Assembly (NCBI RefSeq): GCF_000017305.1
Contig: NC_009664.2
Span: 1,440,001-1,472,000 of the forward strand
Origin: Kineococcus radiotolerans SRS30216 = ATCC BAA-149
GTDB taxonomy: Bacteria; Actinomycetota; Actinomycetes; Actinomycetales; Kineococcaceae
Direction of reading: 5' to 3'
DNA: 32,000 nt
Made by a program: the position numbers and the translations under genes. This document shows positions 30,170-32,000 of the stretch, piece after piece. Position 1 is the stretch's first letter; each line of letters begins with the position of its first letter. The notes beneath the pieces were generated by a model. It saw only the letters and a list, made by a program, of their open reading frames with translations, did not search any database and was not told where the DNA came from.

Positions 30170-31323
30170 TGCGCCTGCTGCGCCACCCGCGGGCCGGACT
30201 GGCGGTCCGGACCGCGCTCGCCGCGACCCTCGCCTGGCAGCTGGCCCTGTGGCTGCCGGGCGAGACGGCGGCGACCTACCCGTACTTCGCGCCGCTGGGC
30301 GCCGTCGTCGGGTCGTGGTCGACGGTGCGCAGCTCGGTGCGGAACTCCGCCTCCTCGCTGGCCGGGATCATCCTGGGCGCGCTCCTGGCCCTGACCGCCG
30401 CCGAGGTGCTGGGGCGGGGGTTCCTCGTGGTGCCGGTGGTGGTGTTCCTCGCGACCCTGCTCGCCGGGTGGCGGGTGCTGGGCGAGCAGCGCACGTGGGT
30501 CCTGACCGTCTCGCTGTTCGTCCTCACCGCGGCCGCGGCGCACCCCGTCCGCTACGCCGCGGCGTACTGCGGTCTGACCCTGCTCGGCGGGGTCGTGGCG
30601 ATCGCGGTGAACGCGCTGTTCCCGCGCGTCCCGCTCGCGGAGTCCGAGCAGGCGCTGCAGCAGCTCTCCAGCACCCTCGCCGACCAGCTCGACGACCTCG
30701 CGGAGGGGCTGCGGCGCGACGAGCCCCCGGGCGTGGAGGAGTGGCGCGACCGGGTCCACTCCCTGGCCCCCGTGCGGGAGGCGCTGCGCGCCCGCCGGCT
30801 GGAGACCGAGGAGTCGTTGCTGGGCAACGTGCGCCGGCGCCGGGTGCTCGAACCCGTCCGCCGCCAGCACGTCCGGGGGGTGTCCCTGGCGAACCTGTCG
30901 GCGCGGGTGGAGGAGCTGTCCGAGCTGCTGGTGGAGGTGCAGACCCGTTCCGACCGGGCGGTGTCCCTGCCGGTGGACCTGCGCTGGCCCACCGCGGCCG
31001 TGCTGACCTCCCTGTCCGCCCTGCTGCGCGCCGACGCCGCCGACGAGCAGGCGTTCCGCGACCACCGCGACGCCCTGCGGCAGGAGGTGCAGCGGCTCTC
31101 CGCCGCCCAGGCCGCGGCCGCCTACCCCGACGCCATGGCCCAGCAGACCGCGGGAGCCGTGGTGACGACCCTGCGACGGTGCCTGGGGTCGCTGGGGCCG
31201 GACACCGGCGACGACGGCGAGGCCGTCGCCCCCACCCCGTGGCGCCAGCCGGACCCGGAGCTCCCCCACCGGGGTCCCGGCCGGCGCCGGCGGATCCGTC
31301 TGCCCTCCCGCCCCCGGCGCTGA
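30169..31323 (+). CDS. aromatic-acid-exporter/FUSC-like membrane protein
   Basis: 384 aa. The ATG overlaps the upstream stop (TGATG). N-terminus LAVRTALAATLAWQLALWLPG....PYFAPLGAVV, followed by 4-5 helices and a long helical, Arg/Glu-rich C-terminal domain. Confidence 0.65.
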   Translation: MRLLRHPRAGLAVRTALAATLAWQLALWLPGETAATYPYFAPLGAVVGSWSTVRSSVRNSASSLAGIILGALLALTAAEVLGRGFLVVPVVVFLATLLAGWRVLGEQRTWVLTVSLFVLTAAAAHPVRYAAAYCGLTLLGGVVAIAVNALFPRVPLAESEQALQQLSSTLADQLDDLAEGLRRDEPPGVEEWRDRVHSLAPVREALRARRLETEESLLGNVRRRRVLEPVRRQHVRGVSLANLSARVEELSELLVEVQTRSDRAVSLPVDLRWPTAAVLTSLSALLRADAADEQAFRDHRDALRQEVQRLSAAQAAAAYPDAMAQQTAGAVVTTLRRCLGSLGPDTGDDGEAVAPTPWRQPDPELPHRGPGRRRRIRLPSRPRR

Positions 31324-31350
31324 GCCCGTCGGGGGGCGCGGCGGGCGGGG

Positions 31351-32000
31351 TCAGCCGCCGAACGCCGCCGCGAGCGCCCGCCACTCCCCCGCCCGCAGCG
31401 GCAGGATCCCGCCGTGCTTGGTGTTCGCGGGGAGGGAGAACTCCCCCGCCGGCACCGGGCGCCAGTCCCCGGAGAGCGGGTCGTCGGCGGTCAGCGCGAG
31501 GTAGCCCTGCGGGCGCACGGAGAACTGGTCGACGAGGAGGTACCACCGGTCGCGGCGCTCGTCGTGGACCACGACGGGGGCCTCGACGTCGGGGAACAGG
31601 TCGTCGGCGATGCGTTCGGCCACGACCCGGAAACCGTCGCCGCGGTCGACCTCGGCGAACAGCCTCAGCGAGTCCGGCCGGCGCGAGTCGTCCTTGGAGA
31701 CCCGCAGCACGGCGTCACCGACGCGGTGGACGGTGGTGTCGATGACCGCGACGCCGCGGTCGATCAGCACCTCGACGTCGGTGACGCGGCGGAAGTCGCG
31801 GGTGCGGGCGGTGAGGACACGGCTGTGGCTGTCGCCGGTGCGCCCGGGGTCCGCGGGGTCGAAGAGCGTCGAGGACCACACCAGGGTGAACTCACCGGTG
31901 CCCGGGTCGAACGTCGCCTCCGGGGCCCACGCCATGCCCGCCTCCGGCGGGGCGACCTCCAGCAGCCAGGGCGCGGACCACGTGAGCAGGTCGGTCGAGC
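31351..32000 (-). CDS. glycoside hydrolase family 43-like protein, C-terminal part (5' end outside window)
   Basis: The reading frame stays open to the window edge (..STDLLTWSAPWLLEV....MAWAPEATFDP). The S.DL..W and WAPE motifs and the later five-bladed-propeller-like segments (WYLLVDQF) are typical of GH43. Confidence 0.65.
   Translation of the reverse strand, partial: STDLLTWSAPWLLEVAPPEAGMAWAPEATFDPGTGEFTLVWSSTLFDPADPGRTGDSHSRVLTARTRDFRRVTDVEVLIDRGVAVIDTTVHRVGDAVLRVSKDDSRRPDSLRLFAEVDRGDGFRVVAERIADDLFPDVEAPVVVHDERRDRWYLLVDQFSVRPQGYLALTADDPLSGDWRPVPAGEFSLPANTKHGGILPLRAGEWRALAAAFGG

Overview
High-GC (about 70%, GC3 above 90% in real genes, many GTG starts) actinobacterial chromosome segment. 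Most of the window is core metabolism and stress genes.

Core content:
- A polyamine/nitrogen block (6714-17886): a four-gene minus-strand operon of putrescine-type amine oxidase, tandem USP, APC permease and aminobutyraldehyde dehydrogenase, joined by three GTGA start/stop overlaps. It also holds two paralogous TetR regulators, an MDR dehydrogenase, urease structural genes (fused gamma-beta plus alpha) with no accessory genes in the window, and agmatine deiminase.
- A GAF-ANTAR regulator, a UPF0126/TRIC-like channel, and an SDR-RecQ pair.
- A general-stress-like cluster: SplB-like radical SAM protein, DUF3140, SRPBCC, DUF2382, PRC-barrel/DUF2382 and a SigB/F-type sigma factor.
- An epimerase, a Rieske fusion, a Zn-ADH, an ArAE/FUSC-like exporter and a GH43 fragment.

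The stand-out region is a 3.56-kb islet (3057-6615) inserted into tRNA-Lys(UUU).
- It is bounded by a perfect 43-bp direct repeat of the tRNA 3' half.
- It has no integrase.
- It carries clustered GYTGCCGTC repeats at both ends.
- Inside is a much lower-GC two-gene cassette: a stand-alone NucS/DUF91-like PD-(D/E)xK nuclease (3727-4167) followed by a 500-aa DndB-like DGQHR-domain protein whose motif reads DGQTQ (4191-5693).
- The cassette converges on, and overlaps, an apparently truncated gene. That gene's N-terminus resembles the DNA-reader (SBD-like) module of ScoMcrA-type type IV restriction enzymes (5649-6455).

I flag the cassette as a candidate undescribed DNA-targeting or defence module. 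Most long ORFs in the supplied track are off-frame or antisense artefacts of the high GC content and were rejected.
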